In this document: positions 29,001 to 41,200 of the stretch, piece after piece | Numbering within the stretch: the first letter of the stretch is position 1 | How the letters are laid out: every line of letters starts with the position of its first letter | Assembly: GCA_051362555.1 (NCBI GenBank) | Contig: CM120642.1 | Coordinates: forward strand, 22,816,001 to 22,880,000 | DNA length: 64,000 nt | Source: Lingula anatina | Lineage: Eukaryota > Animalia > Brachiopoda | Direction of reading: 5' to 3' | Program-made: the position numbers and the translations under genes | The notes under the pieces: model-generated | The model's database searches: none | Seen by the model: only the letters and a program-made list of their open reading frames with translations | Told to the model about the DNA's origin: nothing

Positions 29001-32000
29001 CCATGGAGTAATAGAAAGACCTACCATCATCGTACTAACCAGCAACACCACCTCCGCTTTGGTCATGAACTAAAACTGTTGCGTGAATGCTTAAGCAAAC
29101 TTGAAAGCATACTTTAATATGGTATCTTAACGGATTATTTGAAACCTGAGACATTTAAAGTATTCTAAAGTGACACTGACCTATTTTGTATTAGTAAATA
29201 TGTAAGTATTTACACTTATCTTCTTATCCTCCACCCCTTATGTGACAGTGAACGAGGAAAAACATGTAAGTACTCTATTATCAACATCTAAAAAAAATCA
29301 GGTTAGTGATACTTAGCTGAACTTCATACTCAATAGTAAACAATGGCTCAATGTTACAATCATTTTATTTATTTATTTATTTATTTTAATACTTATTTTA
29401 ATATTCAATATCAAAGTGATAAGCAGATAAGCATTGGTCAAATAATCACATAGGGCAACATTATCATTGAAGCATTTTTATATTAGAGAAACTTGTCTAG
29501 GTGAAATAGAAAATAAGGTTCAAGGCATTTAGTGTTATTTTAGAGCTATTACCCATCTTAATACTCACGTTTGATAATGTTGCGTATCGGCATGCGCAAT
29601 GTAAGGGGGTTAGCAAAAAAATTAAGTGATGATAACTTCATCTCCACGGTACAAAGTTTTGACATCTTCGTATGCATAGAAACTTTTAGCACTGTAAGAT
29701 CAAAGATAGCACTACCTGGTGGCACCCATGGACACACTGAACAACTCAGAACAAAAACTAAAATGAAAGGCAGACCATCAGGTGGAATAGTGATATATTA
29801 CAAAAAAGAACTTATGAAAAGCATCCATGTACTTAGTAGTAAGAGTGAAAATCTACTGTGGGTTAAACTTGCCAGTGAACATGTTGGTCTGGAGAAAGAT
29901 GTGTTCTTATGTGCAGTATATGTTAAGCCCTGCAATGGCCCTTCAGATGAAAGAACTATAGAAATATTAGAAGAGGAAATTGCTAATTATCAACCACATG
30001 GGTCAATATGCCTAATTGGAGATTTTAATGCAAGAACCGGGACATTACCCGACTTTATTAAAGATGATAATATGTTTGGTATACCTATGACTGCTAGTTA
30101 CCCAACAAATAGATTGTCACAGAAGAGAAATAATATTGATACTATAGTCAACACACAAGGAAAAACTTTGCTGGAATTGTGTAGGAGTAGCAATTTAAGA
30201 ATCCTCAATGGTAGAACTAAAGGTAATTTAGTTGGCTATCCTACCTGCTTTAACAAGCATGGATGCAGTGCAGTAGACTATGCCATTACAAGTGAAGGAC
30301 TGATGAGCAAAGTAATGTATCTTACAGTGTCACCCATAGATTACCTATCAGATCATTGTCTGTTGGACCTTGCAATCAGCACCACAGGTACAAAAGCCAT
30401 GTCAAATGCCCACTCAATCCATAAATTTAAAGACCGCTACATCTGGGATACAGAGTCAGCTGAAAATTTTTTAAAAGCTCTTGAAACTGAGGAAAGTCTA
30501 AAATCAATCAGTCAAGCACAGACTACACACTTCCCAGTCTCTAAAGATGGAATCAAAAATGCCTGCGATAAACTCACAGTTATCATTGAAAAAGCTGCAG
30601 ACATGTCTCTTCGTAAAAGAAAAGCTGCTACAAACACAAAAACAAAACAGAAACCAAAAAAAATGAAAAAACAACCATGGTTCGACAACACTTGTTCTGA
30701 AATTAGGAGGAATATCAAACATCTTGGAAAACTATTACAAAATAATCCGCATAACAACTATATCTCACAAACTTTCCACATAACTACAAAGAAATATAAA
30801 CAACTGCTAAGGCAAAAAAAGAGGGAATACAAAGATGCACTGTTAACAAAACTGCTGAATTCTGAAAAAAACAACCCAAAAGAATTTTGGCAAACACTAA
30901 AAACCCTGAAGGAAAGAGAGGACAAAAGTAACATAATCAGTCCAGATACCTGGCAACAACATTTTCACCAACTCTGTGGAATCCCCCCTACAGATAATCA
31001 GCAAATAAATGATGAAATAAAAAGATACGAGGAAATGGAAGGAGACCTTGTCCTAAATAGTCCCATAACAATTGGAGAAGTAAAGAACGCTATCAAAAAA
31101 CTAAAAAATGGCAAGGCAGCTGGTGAAGACTCTATTAGAAATGAAATGTTAAAAACAGGAGTAAATTACCTAGTGGGACTAATAACAAAAATCTTTAACT
31201 TAGCACTAAATACATGCGAAACCCCGGATGCCTGGAACTTAGGCCTAATACTGCCCTTATATAAATCTGGAGATCGAACTGACCCATCAAATTATAGAGG
31301 CCTATGCATAACAAGCTGTTTAGGGAAACTGTTCAATTCTATACTGACAAATAGAATCACTCAATTCATAGAAACAAATCAAAAGCTAAGTGAAGAACAA
31401 GCTGGGTTCAGACCTGGGTATCGCACAACAGATCATATATTTACCCTAAAATCTGTCATAAACAAATATCTAAACAAAAATAAACGTCTCTATACCTGCT
31501 TTGTCGATCTTCGTAAAGCCTTTGATACAGTCTGGCATAAAGGTCTGTTTATAAAACTCCTGAGACAAGGTATCAGAGGCAAAATATACAAACTCATAAA
31601 GTACATGTACAATAATACAAGACTAGGCGTATCGGTTCACACTGGTTTCACTGAACCCTTTTTGTCCAAAATTGGCATACGGCAAGGTGATAACCTTAGT
31701 CCAGTACTTTTCAACATTTTCATAGATGACATAAAAAGTGAACTTCACATAAATGATACCTCAACAAGAGTTGATGGTCTAAGTCACATACTATACGCTG
31801 ACGACCTAGTCTTACTCTCACAAACAAAAGAAGGACTACAGACCCTACTTAACAAACTTGAAAACTACTGTCTGAAGTGGAAATTGAAGGTGAATGAAAA
31901 TAAATCTAAAGTTATGGTATTCAATAAGCTTGGGAAAATTGACCCACATACGTTTACCATAAATAACAGACCTATAGAAACAGTTAAGCAATTCTCATAC

Positions 32001-35000
32001 TTAGGAATAATTTTTACAAACACAGGATCCTTAAAACAGACAATGGAAAACCTCAAACAAAAGGCCCTCAAAGCTATGTTTTCATTAAAAGGGATGCTAA
32101 ATTCTCAAGAAATTTCCTCACCCCTACTTACCATGAAACTTTTTGACCAAATGATTAAACCAATCCTGCTATATGGCTGTGAGGTTTGGGCACAAGAGAT
32201 ATTTATAGACAAAAAAATGACACTACACAAATTGAATAAGATGCCATTTGAACAGATACATTTAAAAATGTGTAAATGGACACTAGGTTTAAGAAAAACT
32301 TCCAGCAGTAATGCTTGCAGGGCAGAACTTGGACGCCTTCCACTGTATTTGGACATTGTAAGTTTGGTGTCCAAATACAGTGCAAGACTGGACAACCTTC
32401 CAACTCACAGACTAGTCAAACAAGCTTACGACATGGAGCAAACAGAAAAGGGAAAAAACTGGTTTTGGGCTACTACAAATCTTTCGGCATGCTGGGAAGT
32501 TTACCACCCAAATAACAACACACATACTAAAATCCACAACCACCAATACCTAAAGGAAGAAATAATAAAAAAAATAAAGTCAAATTTTTGGGAAGAATTG
32601 CAAAAAGGAGAAAACAATAAACTCAGAACATATGGAAAAATTAAACACACTTATGAGGCTGAACCTTATGTAAAACTCAATGTTCCTTTAGCTCAAAAAA
32701 GGGTATTAGCAAAAATGAGAATCAGTGATCATGAATTAGAAATTGAAAGAGGGCGATATACAAAACCAAAGAAGCCAATTGACAAAAGGAAATGCCCCCA
32801 CTGCGACTCAGTAGAAGATGAAGCACACTTTTTTCTAGAATGCAGTGAACACAGAGTCGAACGGGAAATGCTGGTCGCTTCCATACCAGAGGTGAATTTG
32901 CAGGGTCCAACAGACAATAAACTATCTATTTTACTCAATCCACTCTCTGCGCAGAGTGTGATTGCCATATGTAAATTTGTTAACAGTGCAATTAAAAAGC
33001 GTGTATCCCTGCGTGGATGAGCATAGTTTATTACTTAAATTATTCTTTTTAATATTTGTATTAGTTAGAGAGCCTGTAAATGTAAACCATTTCTTTGTGC
33101 TCAATAAATTATTATTATTATTAAAAGATGTTGGGAAACTTAAACGCACCGTCGGGTTACATTTTCTTTCTTGATGACTTCAACACACATTTTTTACTTG
33201 ACAGTGTATGTTTGTACAGTGTTTACGTATAGAAAAATGTACCGCAAACTTATGTTAAAAAAAATAAAGTACGGTAGAGTTTCAAATTCTTATATAACCT
33301 TCAGTTTTTTCCGTGACGTATCAGGAAATTCTTGATAAATCACTGTCACAGCACGTTTTCTACTAATAGTGCGTAGTGATTGGTTATTTTCTGGGAGTGA
33401 ACTGGTGCCTGTAATGCGGTATTGCGCTTTGGATAAAGAATGTAATTAAACCGTTTGAGAAATAATATAGCTTTAATTAGGCCACACTTTTTTATTTTTA
33501 TGGATGACATCCTCTGCGTACCCCGAAATCGGTGCGAGAGGGCGAAAAAAAAACGATCCAAAAAATTTTGCTTTAGTAAAGGAATGCTGTCAGCTGGAAA
33601 CACAAATTTACCACAGAAACACGTATCAATCTAACAATATGTCTTTATCCATGCTCTCAGAATATTAAAGCATTATGAACACTTCACAGAAATGTTTAAA
33701 AACGATCAATACTACCAAATCTATTAAAGGTTATTTCAGTCGATGCCATTATGTCTACTTCGCCTCACACGAAGCAGCCAAACTTTCGGGTGGCATGTCC
33801 GACCTAAGCTCAAGCCCACCAAATACCTCGACGCCCTTGTCGACCCTTTTTTCGATTTCTACTACCCAATGGAAAATAAACATAGAACCATATAAAATGA
33901 AAACATTCATATGCGATGACCGGTTCTCATGGCAACAACTTTCAACTACTTCTTGAATTTTAATATAAAATTTGTAAAAAAAAAAACCCCAAAAACTTGA
34001 CAATTTGTGCTACACTGATGTTAAAATTGTCTTAACCTTGTAGCATTTTGTTGGTTCCGTTTAGGAAGTTTAAGCTGTCTTTTACTTATTGTTAGCCTTT
34101 CAGACTATAATATGCTGTTATTTCCAATTACGTCCGTCCACCTTTAAATAGGTCACATATTAGAGCATCCATTTTGTCCTCATTGTCAAATGGCAATAAA
34201 TTGTTGGTACGAATTACTTAAATTGTCAAAAACGAATCATTTAATTGGATTTTTTCCTCGTTGACCGTTTTGGGCCGCCGTAAAACGAAAACATGAGCTC
34301 TTTGATGCAACCGAAGAAAACATACGGATTTTGCAACCTGCCATTCAAGAATTATTTTCGGTGACCAAGAGTCTATAAAGAGGAAAAAAGAACCAAGCTT
34401 GTGATTGCAGCGTTATGAAATAATAACTTAAAAGAATAAAACTATGTTCATATCGAAAAGTACTTGCATAGATATCCAAACCCTCAGAGAACATTTTTAA
34501 TGACCACCAAACCAAACCAAATAAACTAATAGACAAGCAGGGTAATGCTAGGTATGAAAAAAGTGTCAACAGCCAAAGGGCAAAACACAAATCGAACAAT
34601 TGAGGTTTCGTTTCATTTAACCTCAAAAATCCATGTTGTTTAAATGTTTTTATTAGGTAAGAAAAAACTTACCACCAAAAACACACAAACAGAACTCCAG
34701 GGGAACATGCTGCCAAGGCTAGGTGACGCCAATTGCGTAAAAAATAAGCCTCGAATGCCATTACTATATGTCCCAAACCAAAAAATATTCCTATGCCCAT
34801 CGCAGGTATCCTTCTTTTACTGACACCTACTAATTCCATACCTACAAGAGAGAGTTTGATGTTATTCTTACTGATTTTCTTTATTCCAAAGTCCATCATG
34901 AACAGCCTTATACACGAATGCTTGTGATCAATAATATGATCAGTAATAACTAAGGAAAGGTCAATCACCATGGCCTGTGACGTCCTGTCAATTGTGTCAG

Positions 35001-38000
35001 GTAAGATAAAAGCAACGATAATGACACAGGGCTGCATTGTTTACTTATAGATGTTTTAGGTGGATATTTAAATGTATTCACCGCCAGTAAGATAAAATAA
35101 GTAAGGGTGCAATACATATACTGTACATGTATACGCGAGACTACGCATTGGCCTTGCAATAAATAAATCCCATCAAAATAAATGAAAATATTTTTAGCGG
35201 ATACATTGTTTGTGCATATTCTTGTTTATAGGCCAACTGCTTACATGTTACTTCAAGGTTTTGAAATGCGTTAAATATACGAGGTATGCATTCGAAGAAG
35301 TGATATGAACATATATTTAGATACTGAGGGAAATCAAAAAGGCAATATTACGAAAAAGACATAGACATAGATATCCTTGCGCTCGATACTTACCCAACGT
35401 GTACATGGCAATGAAGGCGCTTGAATCAGAGGCGCCTTGGATTACGTACAGAATGCTGAAGACAAGCATGTTAGGGGCAAAAGCCAGAGCTATTCCAGAT
35501 AAAACCTGAATACTAATACTGGCTAGGAAGACGGGACGACGGCCAAATCTAAAAAATAAGTCAGTAAACAATATAGAAAGCAATAACAATGGCAAATGTA
35601 AGAAAATGTTAGCTGATAAAATACTGGGGATGCTAATTTTTTACGGAAGGAGCATGATCAAATTGGAAATACCACAGAAGATGCCATTTTCTAATACATA
35701 ACCTTATGTCTTAACCTTTTATGAGAGCCATGTGTAAGATCAGTGTATGCACGAACCATTTAAACCCCTTTAAATAATTTTTTCTTATTTTCTATTATGA
35801 CACCTCTTAATCTGCAGTCTGAATCAGACCTAAGTAAATAAAATCAAGTAGATAATCACAGCTTTAGTATAGCGGCCGTATGTGACTGCGTGTTATCTAC
35901 TTACTATCACACCATAGCAAGCCAGAATACACTGTGTCCCGAAAGCGATATCACAAACCATCACCGTTCAAACTATAGGTATAGCCAAACCGAACCTGTC
36001 AGAGAGCCATCCAGTGAGGAAGACTGATAAGAATTTGCCAGTAAAGAATACGGTATTACAAGTACTCATCTGCCAAGCGTTCTCACAACCGAGATCAAAC
36101 TGAAATGAACAACATATGGGAAGTTAGTCACGTGATGAGATAGAATACACAATCGAAAAATCTACCTAAACTGAGCATTAAAACAGACAAAAAGAATCTC
36201 AGCATTTTTTTCTATAAAATCCAGGTAGAATGTCTGAAACTAATGCATCCCGATTCATTTAACTCTTCTGGAGTCCAATGAACCAGACTCATTTTTGAAT
36301 CATTGCCTTGGGATCAAGTTTTCATAGCTAAATTTCAATGCTCCTTTGCATACAAATATGCAGATTCATGATTTCACATTTTGATAACAGAGAAGAAAAA
36401 CGACTTGGGGTCCAGTGGACTCCAGCATGGGTTCACCGGATCACCAACAGGAAAAGTATTTTATGTTTCGGCAGTTTTGTCTTTGAGTTAAATTCTGTGA
36501 CAGTAAAAGTCCCACATTTGTAGGTAATGTCCAGTTGTATATGTTCTTTGGGGGCTTCTGTGATAAACTTGCCACTCCCAGTCACATCTTCATGGGAGAA
36601 AAAATTTTGTGCATGGTCTTTGAGTTGATCACCAATATACTGTAGCCCACAGTTACTACTGAGGTACATGTATTTGTTTCCTCTAATGAGAGGCACAGAA
36701 GAAAGATAAACCATCTGTGATCGGTTTGGTATTCAAATGACCTGCAAAATATGCCCCTGTCGTGCCGCAATTTCAGAGTACAAGGTGCTTGAGAGAAGGT
36801 TCTACTGACATACTTTAAAACATACACACACATACCAATACTTCAGTTGGCCATGGCTGGTTTAATTTGGCCCTGGTGCTGATGGGAAAGTTTGCGGAAA
36901 AAACGTAAGGACCTGTGCAAAGGTTGTACAAAATTGAATTTCTTGATTCTGCTGTTGAGATCTATGGGTCAGCGGAAACCCCTCACCCCCAAAATCTGAT
37001 TTACATATACCTACATGTATTAGTGATAGTTGGGAAAATGGAGATGTGCCTGCATATGGCAAAAGAACTAAACACCTGGTTAGATTTTACTTGTACCCCA
37101 TCGATGGTCAAATTCGTAGACATGTTGCAGAATGTCTCGTGGAAGTGCGTGTGCAGGATAATATAGCCTGAGGTGCCGGATCAGTCTGTGTTTGGAGAGC
37201 ATTACATGCCCATCGTTTTGGTACATTGCCACTTCTAGAACAGATTGGGGCATTTTAATGCATTTTAATGGGAATAGCATTTGTGTCAGCTCTCTATACA
37301 CTGTGTAATTCCACTGCATGATGCAGACAAATCCGTGCTTTGTCCCTGAAAATAATCTTTTCCATCGTGCCAAACACCTTTAAATTTTGTACGTTTCCCC
37401 ATGAACAAGGATTTTGACCACAAGAAGGACAACAAGAGTGTAGGTTTGCTTCTTTCAGGCAGTTCCATACAGACAATCTGTGATGAGATGTATCTGTTTC
37501 GCTGGCCACCTCTTCAAACTGATGTGCATGTTGCTGTTATTTTTAATATACTTAATTTACAAATCAAGATAAAATTTACCATTTATAAGGCACTAGCAGT
37601 TAAATTTACGTCACAGGTAGAAAAACATTTTACGTGTGTCATTTATATTTTTGCTCGCCCATAGCTTTTGTATACAAACGAAAGAGTCTTTTTGTGTCTG
37701 CAACGCTTAGTTCGGAGCCAAAGGATAGTAATAAACGGTGCGATTCCACCGTGTTTGAAAATTTACCTCTGACACGATGGTCGACTCATACTGGTCAGAG
37801 CTGTACACTCTCCCTTCTGGACACGATGATGAACTTGGTGGACCAACCTGGTTATTGTTCCCTTTGTGCTTGATGGCCGTCCAAGACGCGTTCTTGTTAT
37901 TTCCCCGGGCGGTGTCGTAATAAAATGTTTCATTTACAAGAAACCACGTTGTTTTGCTGTTGGTAGACCATTCATCGAATGTATACAGTTTGCAAGAACT

Positions 38001-38252
38001 CCTTTCACCCTTGTCTGTGAGTGGTATGATTAGATTCAGCAGTTCCTCCTGCGAAACATTCCCATATTTACTGGTGACAACATCGACGTATGCTGAAGGT
38101 ATCTTGCAGTGATGGTTAGGCTCTATGCCGTAAAACACAATACCAACTGTGGATGTAACAGAGTAAACCGCAACTATGCACAGTAAGGCATATCTCTGCC
38201 TTTGATATGTTCCAAGATCTCCCAGTATTTTCAGCAAGTCATCGAAGTTCAT
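23096..38252 (-). CDS. SLC22-family organic ion transporter, paralog B; 9 coding exons, ~586 aa
   Basis: Exons 37767-38252, 35996-36099, 35394-35548, 34673-34841, 25515-25742, 24545-24759, 24212-24320, 23515-23733, 23096-23171. Same exon lengths as gene A, frame open, ends EGSEL*. Intron 4 is expanded to ~8.9 kb by transposon insertions. Confidence 0.92.
24973..25210. mobile_element. Tc1/mariner-like MITE in intron 5 of gene B
   Basis: ~26-bp TIRs cacacaatggacaatagaattgtcacc / ggtgacacttctattgtccattgtgtg, each flanked by TA. Confidence 0.7.
27123..29117 (+). CDS. LINE ORF1 with coiled-coil, Pro/Ser/Thr-rich linker and C-terminal SGNH/GDSL esterase
   Basis: Open frame from 27093, first ATG at 27123. 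SGNH blocks VVISDSI (I), IIIGSNN (III) and WDGIHL (V, DxxH). Confidence 0.85.
   Translation: MNGKTRIVYDRENGISSNYDYADEYQGPAIDSTTHNAHCVVVKMSTVSQVKRWLEICRTYHKPESENEINSGTGTQLKFPYTNSSGATLGTVSLSFYHTSKSKKLHIQGAAYMLWLANDYPKISLLVSSPKKIQPLNPEISTQQSRSTPPVSDTSIIDENTQTLRKGFKTKVRPSQKEVKNEREISKIHETLQAVENQYSEIIFNTADAKREEAKSKSILSDQIETIKTTISHISALSDSRYLETTAILSKITKQLYYLTEKIDGKPQCRTTTVTTGTQCETSTTISKQKTTINKGTQSEPLSPPKQKATISSGTQCEEADYLNIQRASSPPVQANKGQDKDVNNTDNKADSSLPPVSVKLSPVNKAAKQPAISHVPELTAVIPPPVSPASVPACEPTTSSSTEVPVITSSIDNSHPQTSANPSTRNEGTVNISISEINTSSPEVDNVVISDSIGKGIQAKKLFPKTNSSCYVLNGKKIADAKNLMTEKHFGHPKSITIIIGSNNISSNQPPNQVANEMKELIHCAKQQYPTTTVIVCNILPRWGNKRFNDNAQEANALTHEFCKTQPSVKYMHNTNIVCRRDFFAWDGIHLSQSGTIALARNIKLTTGSNPSTNGRYPHPPQPQHPWSNRKTYHHRTNQQHHLRFGHELKLLRECLSKLESIL
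29577..33020 (+). CDS. LINE ORF2: APE endonuclease, reverse transcriptase and C-terminal Cys/His domain
   Basis: APE motifs NVRGL, IET, GDFNAR, DY, SDH. RT motifs NYRGL, QAGFR, FVDLRKAFD, GIRQGDNLSP, YADD, YLG. C-terminal LEIERGRY...CPHC..EDEAHFFLEC is typical of RTE-X-type elements. Confidence 0.95.
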   Translation: MLRIGMRNVRGLAKKLSDDNFISTVQSFDIFVCIETFSTVRSKIALPGGTHGHTEQLRTKTKMKGRPSGGIVIYYKKELMKSIHVLSSKSENLLWVKLASEHVGLEKDVFLCAVYVKPCNGPSDERTIEILEEEIANYQPHGSICLIGDFNARTGTLPDFIKDDNMFGIPMTASYPTNRLSQKRNNIDTIVNTQGKTLLELCRSSNLRILNGRTKGNLVGYPTCFNKHGCSAVDYAITSEGLMSKVMYLTVSPIDYLSDHCLLDLAISTTGTKAMSNAHSIHKFKDRYIWDTESAENFLKALETEESLKSISQAQTTHFPVSKDGIKNACDKLTVIIEKAADMSLRKRKAATNTKTKQKPKKMKKQPWFDNTCSEIRRNIKHLGKLLQNNPHNNYISQTFHITTKKYKQLLRQKKREYKDALLTKLLNSEKNNPKEFWQTLKTLKEREDKSNIISPDTWQQHFHQLCGIPPTDNQQINDEIKRYEEMEGDLVLNSPITIGEVKNAIKKLKNGKAAGEDSIRNEMLKTGVNYLVGLITKIFNLALNTCETPDAWNLGLILPLYKSGDRTDPSNYRGLCITSCLGKLFNSILTNRITQFIETNQKLSEEQAGFRPGYRTTDHIFTLKSVINKYLNKNKRLYTCFVDLRKAFDTVWHKGLFIKLLRQGIRGKIYKLIKYMYNNTRLGVSVHTGFTEPFLSKIGIRQGDNLSPVLFNIFIDDIKSELHINDTSTRVDGLSHILYADDLVLLSQTKEGLQTLLNKLENYCLKWKLKVNENKSKVMVFNKLGKIDPHTFTINNRPIETVKQFSYLGIIFTNTGSLKQTMENLKQKALKAMFSLKGMLNSQEISSPLLTMKLFDQMIKPILLYGCEVWAQEIFIDKKMTLHKLNKMPFEQIHLKMCKWTLGLRKTSSSNACRAELGRLPLYLDIVSLVSKYSARLDNLPTHRLVKQAYDMEQTEKGKNWFWATTNLSACWEVYHPNNNTHTKIHNHQYLKEEIIKKIKSNFWEELQKGENNKLRTYGKIKHTYEAEPYVKLNVPLAQKRVLAKMRISDHELEIERGRYTKPKKPIDKRKCPHCDSVEDEAHFFLECSEHRVEREMLVASIPEVNLQGPTDNKLSILLNPLSAQSVIAICKFVNSAIKKRVSLRG

Positions 38253-41200
38253 CTTTGTGTTCTCGATATCACCACTGTAACATAAATATAGGGGGTTAAG
38301 GTAGAATTTACAGGTTAACATGTACAATAATTGCTTGTTATCAAACTATTGGAAGATACTTTGCACGAACCGCACATAGATCACGTACAACGCATTAACA
38401 GTATACCAAGTGAATATAATTTAAAAACGAATTTTGCTTCAGGCGGTCCTCCCTTTTTCTTGTATATTCCCTCACCTCTAGACATCTTTTTATCCACCCG
38501 GTTCATGTACGTTTTATCGACACGTTTCGTATCTTAGCTTTTAATTTCTCAAATAAGAAAGCCATCTTAACCCAGCATGACGTAGTGATATCGCCTTTGC
38601 ATAAAACAGATTTGACCACATAGGTTTTATACTAAATATCAGCCATATGATATTCAGTACAAAATGCTGGTCATGCCACTGTCACAAGTAGGCCTACATG
38701 TACGCATCTCCTTGCTACTGATAACAACAAATATTCTTCTTTTTTGCCGATTTTAAAAATCAGAATGCAGTAACATTTTACACATTTAAGTTCACATAGG
38801 CATAGAATACCAAGCCCAGATGTATTTTTTTAGACATTCTGCTTCGCGAGCTGGGTGTAAAACGAACGCAAGGCATTAGTGAACCATCTCTGCATATATA
38901 ATGTAACTTAAAACTACCTCTGTTGACCAGTACAGGAGGAAATCTTTTTCATATAATCCTCAAAACGACCTGTGTGGAGCAGTGCGGGAGAATTCCTTTT
39001 CTTCTGATAAACCTTAAAGCTACCCCTGTGGTGTACTGTTGAAGTATTCCATTTTAACATGCTTGATACTTCATAATTGCTTCAGTTCAGTGCGATGAAT
39101 GCAAACTGTTTTTCTCTGCCTCACCACAGTAGATTTGGAAGTTATTTAGCATAAATGCATCACGTTTCCATCATGCTGGTAATCAACTCCATTAATGCCA
39201 TTCTCTACAGTACCTTAAAAGTCTTTAAATATATACTTATGTCGATATTTTGGATTCTGTCTTCCCCAAAGAAATAAATGAGCGTATACAAATACGTAGG
39301 TTGAATCGGAGCACATATCAACGACATCTTCAAAGTTTAGTTAAGGGTGTGAAGGGTATGCAAAAAGATGTTGCTAGCTAAGAGGGTACCCTATAAGAGG
39401 GTACCCTACGTTCCAGAGTTAGGACTCGATTTTGATTTCATATGTAACTCACATCAGCAATACCCACCTCTAGCAACTACCGGCACACGGAAGGCGTGTT
39501 CTGCAAAATTTTCGTCAAAGCTCTGTCCCGCCTTGAGCTGTTTTGGCACTGTGATCTCGCGTGGTCTCGTGAAGAAGAGATAAAGAAGCAAAATGGCTGA
39601 CGCGGATTTCGAAGCAAGTGTTCGTTTGGCTCTCAGTTTGATGATACCCTGTCACTCGGGGTGCTATCAAGAGGGTATGGGAAAAGCTTGACACATGGCA
39701 AGCGTGTCTATTGTTTTTAATTTTTCATTTAAGCAATAAAATGCAAGAACATTTGAAATATATTTTTCTTTTGTAAATATAATTCATTGTTCAATTAGCA
39801 TCTTAAATACAAATAGATTAATGGCGTTCAAATGCAGATCTCAATTTGGAGTAAGTTGCTTTGATCGACAGTAACTGAAAAATTGTCGCTTAACCACAGG
39901 ACTTTGTAAAGCGTACAAGTTTAAAGAGAGAAGGTATAGCGAACAGGATAGCATTATAGTGCCTTGTCGTTCAGGGTATAAAAAAGGGTATTTGCCCTGG
40001 TATAAAGTTGATTGTTGGGGTCGATGAGATCTGACCTCCACCAAACTATAGTTGAAGCCTTGCCAGCACCAACTCACATTGGTCCAGATAGCTACATTCA
40101 AAAATGGGCCTGAAATGGGCCTCAGGACATCCGTCGTCACTAGACAGCTTAGTGTTTCGAAGATAATATTTTATCAAAATCCTACAGATGAGAGCTGCCA
40201 TGCAGTGGAGCTTCTGACAAATCCAATGAAGCCTGTACTGACCTACATTGCCAGAAGAACCAGCACTAACATTGCCATTGCCATTCCAACCGAATAACGA
40301 TCTCATCATTTGCTTCGCCGACAAAGTTTGAACTGGAGACTCGGCAAACATGACTAAACGGTAAGAGGGATGGTTCAGAAGCCAAAGTTAACACGTAAGC
40401 ATCACATGAACAGGATGCGCTGCGCAGAACAGAAACCTAAGAATCGTGCTGTGAAACCATGTGGTCTTTTAGATTCCTACCCATGAGATGATCGTTTGGG
40501 AGTGCGTTGCCTAACTGGAGAACATATATCACAATAAAACGTACAAGAAATAAAAGCCCCTAAAGGCTTTTCTGTCCATGTTTAGGTGCTTTTTGTTCCA
40601 TTGGTGTCAGACATTTGTTCTTTCTGGAAGAAAGCGTCAAAGCCCTGCCTTAAGGTGATGTTTTTCGAATTTTAATTTGATCTCATTGGTACGTGCAATA
40701 TTCCAGGACATCATTCACTTGCCGCATCGCATTGCTTTCCCTTCACCGTCCGCTTGGTAAGGGACTTTATAAACGTAAATATTATTCTGCCCATGGATCT
40801 AACCCCCCCCCCCCCCCCCAAAAAAAAGCCCTGATATAAATCCATTACCGTGTTGTAATGTCGCATCTAGCCCATATAAAGGTAAAATTTTAGGTCCCTT
40901 TCTCGAAGACGCAGTGAGAGGCCATGTCTCTACTTCATCGAGGTGTCCCTTGGCATGGTACTACGGTTTTATTCCATTTTACCATTTTGTGCATCTTAAT
41001 CTGTGACCATAGTTAACATGACTGCTATGTAATCTTACCTTCGTAGTTAGGTGCGTCAGAAATGCTCCTCAACAATTCTCTGCTAATAGAAAAATTCATT
41101 GTCAGCGTTATGTTCTAGAGTCCTCCGCAAAAAATTAATCAGACGTCAAAACGGGTCATCTGGGTAGTCATACAACCTGTATGACATGTTGACAATTCCA

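Larger units (their letters stand above)
26950..33123 (+). mobile_element. Near full-length non-LTR retrotransposon, RTE-X-like clade, antisense in intron 4 of gene B
   Basis: Two intact ORFs, AATAAA at 33103 followed by a (TTA)5 tail. The 5' boundary is approximate and no TSD was found. Confidence 0.85.
25947..34282. mobile_element. IS3EU-like DNA element (degenerate or non-autonomous) hosting the LINE
   Basis: Termini TACGGAGGCCAAAA...TTTTGGGCCGCCGTA; 6-bp TSD aaatga/aaacga; ~21-bp subterminal repeats (aattcgttcccac) at 25983-26143, with inverted remnants at ~34200-34245. The flanks join to resemble intron 4 of gene A. Confidence 0.55.

Noticed and set aside
27647-33149. Short antisense and alternate-frame ORFs within the LINE
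   Set aside because: They are shadow ORFs of the A-rich LINE coding strand.
36250-37250. Possible Penelope or piggyBac-like fragments in intron 1 of gene B (IEFLD, ggggtccagtggac)
   Set aside because: The motifs are too short and decayed to assign.
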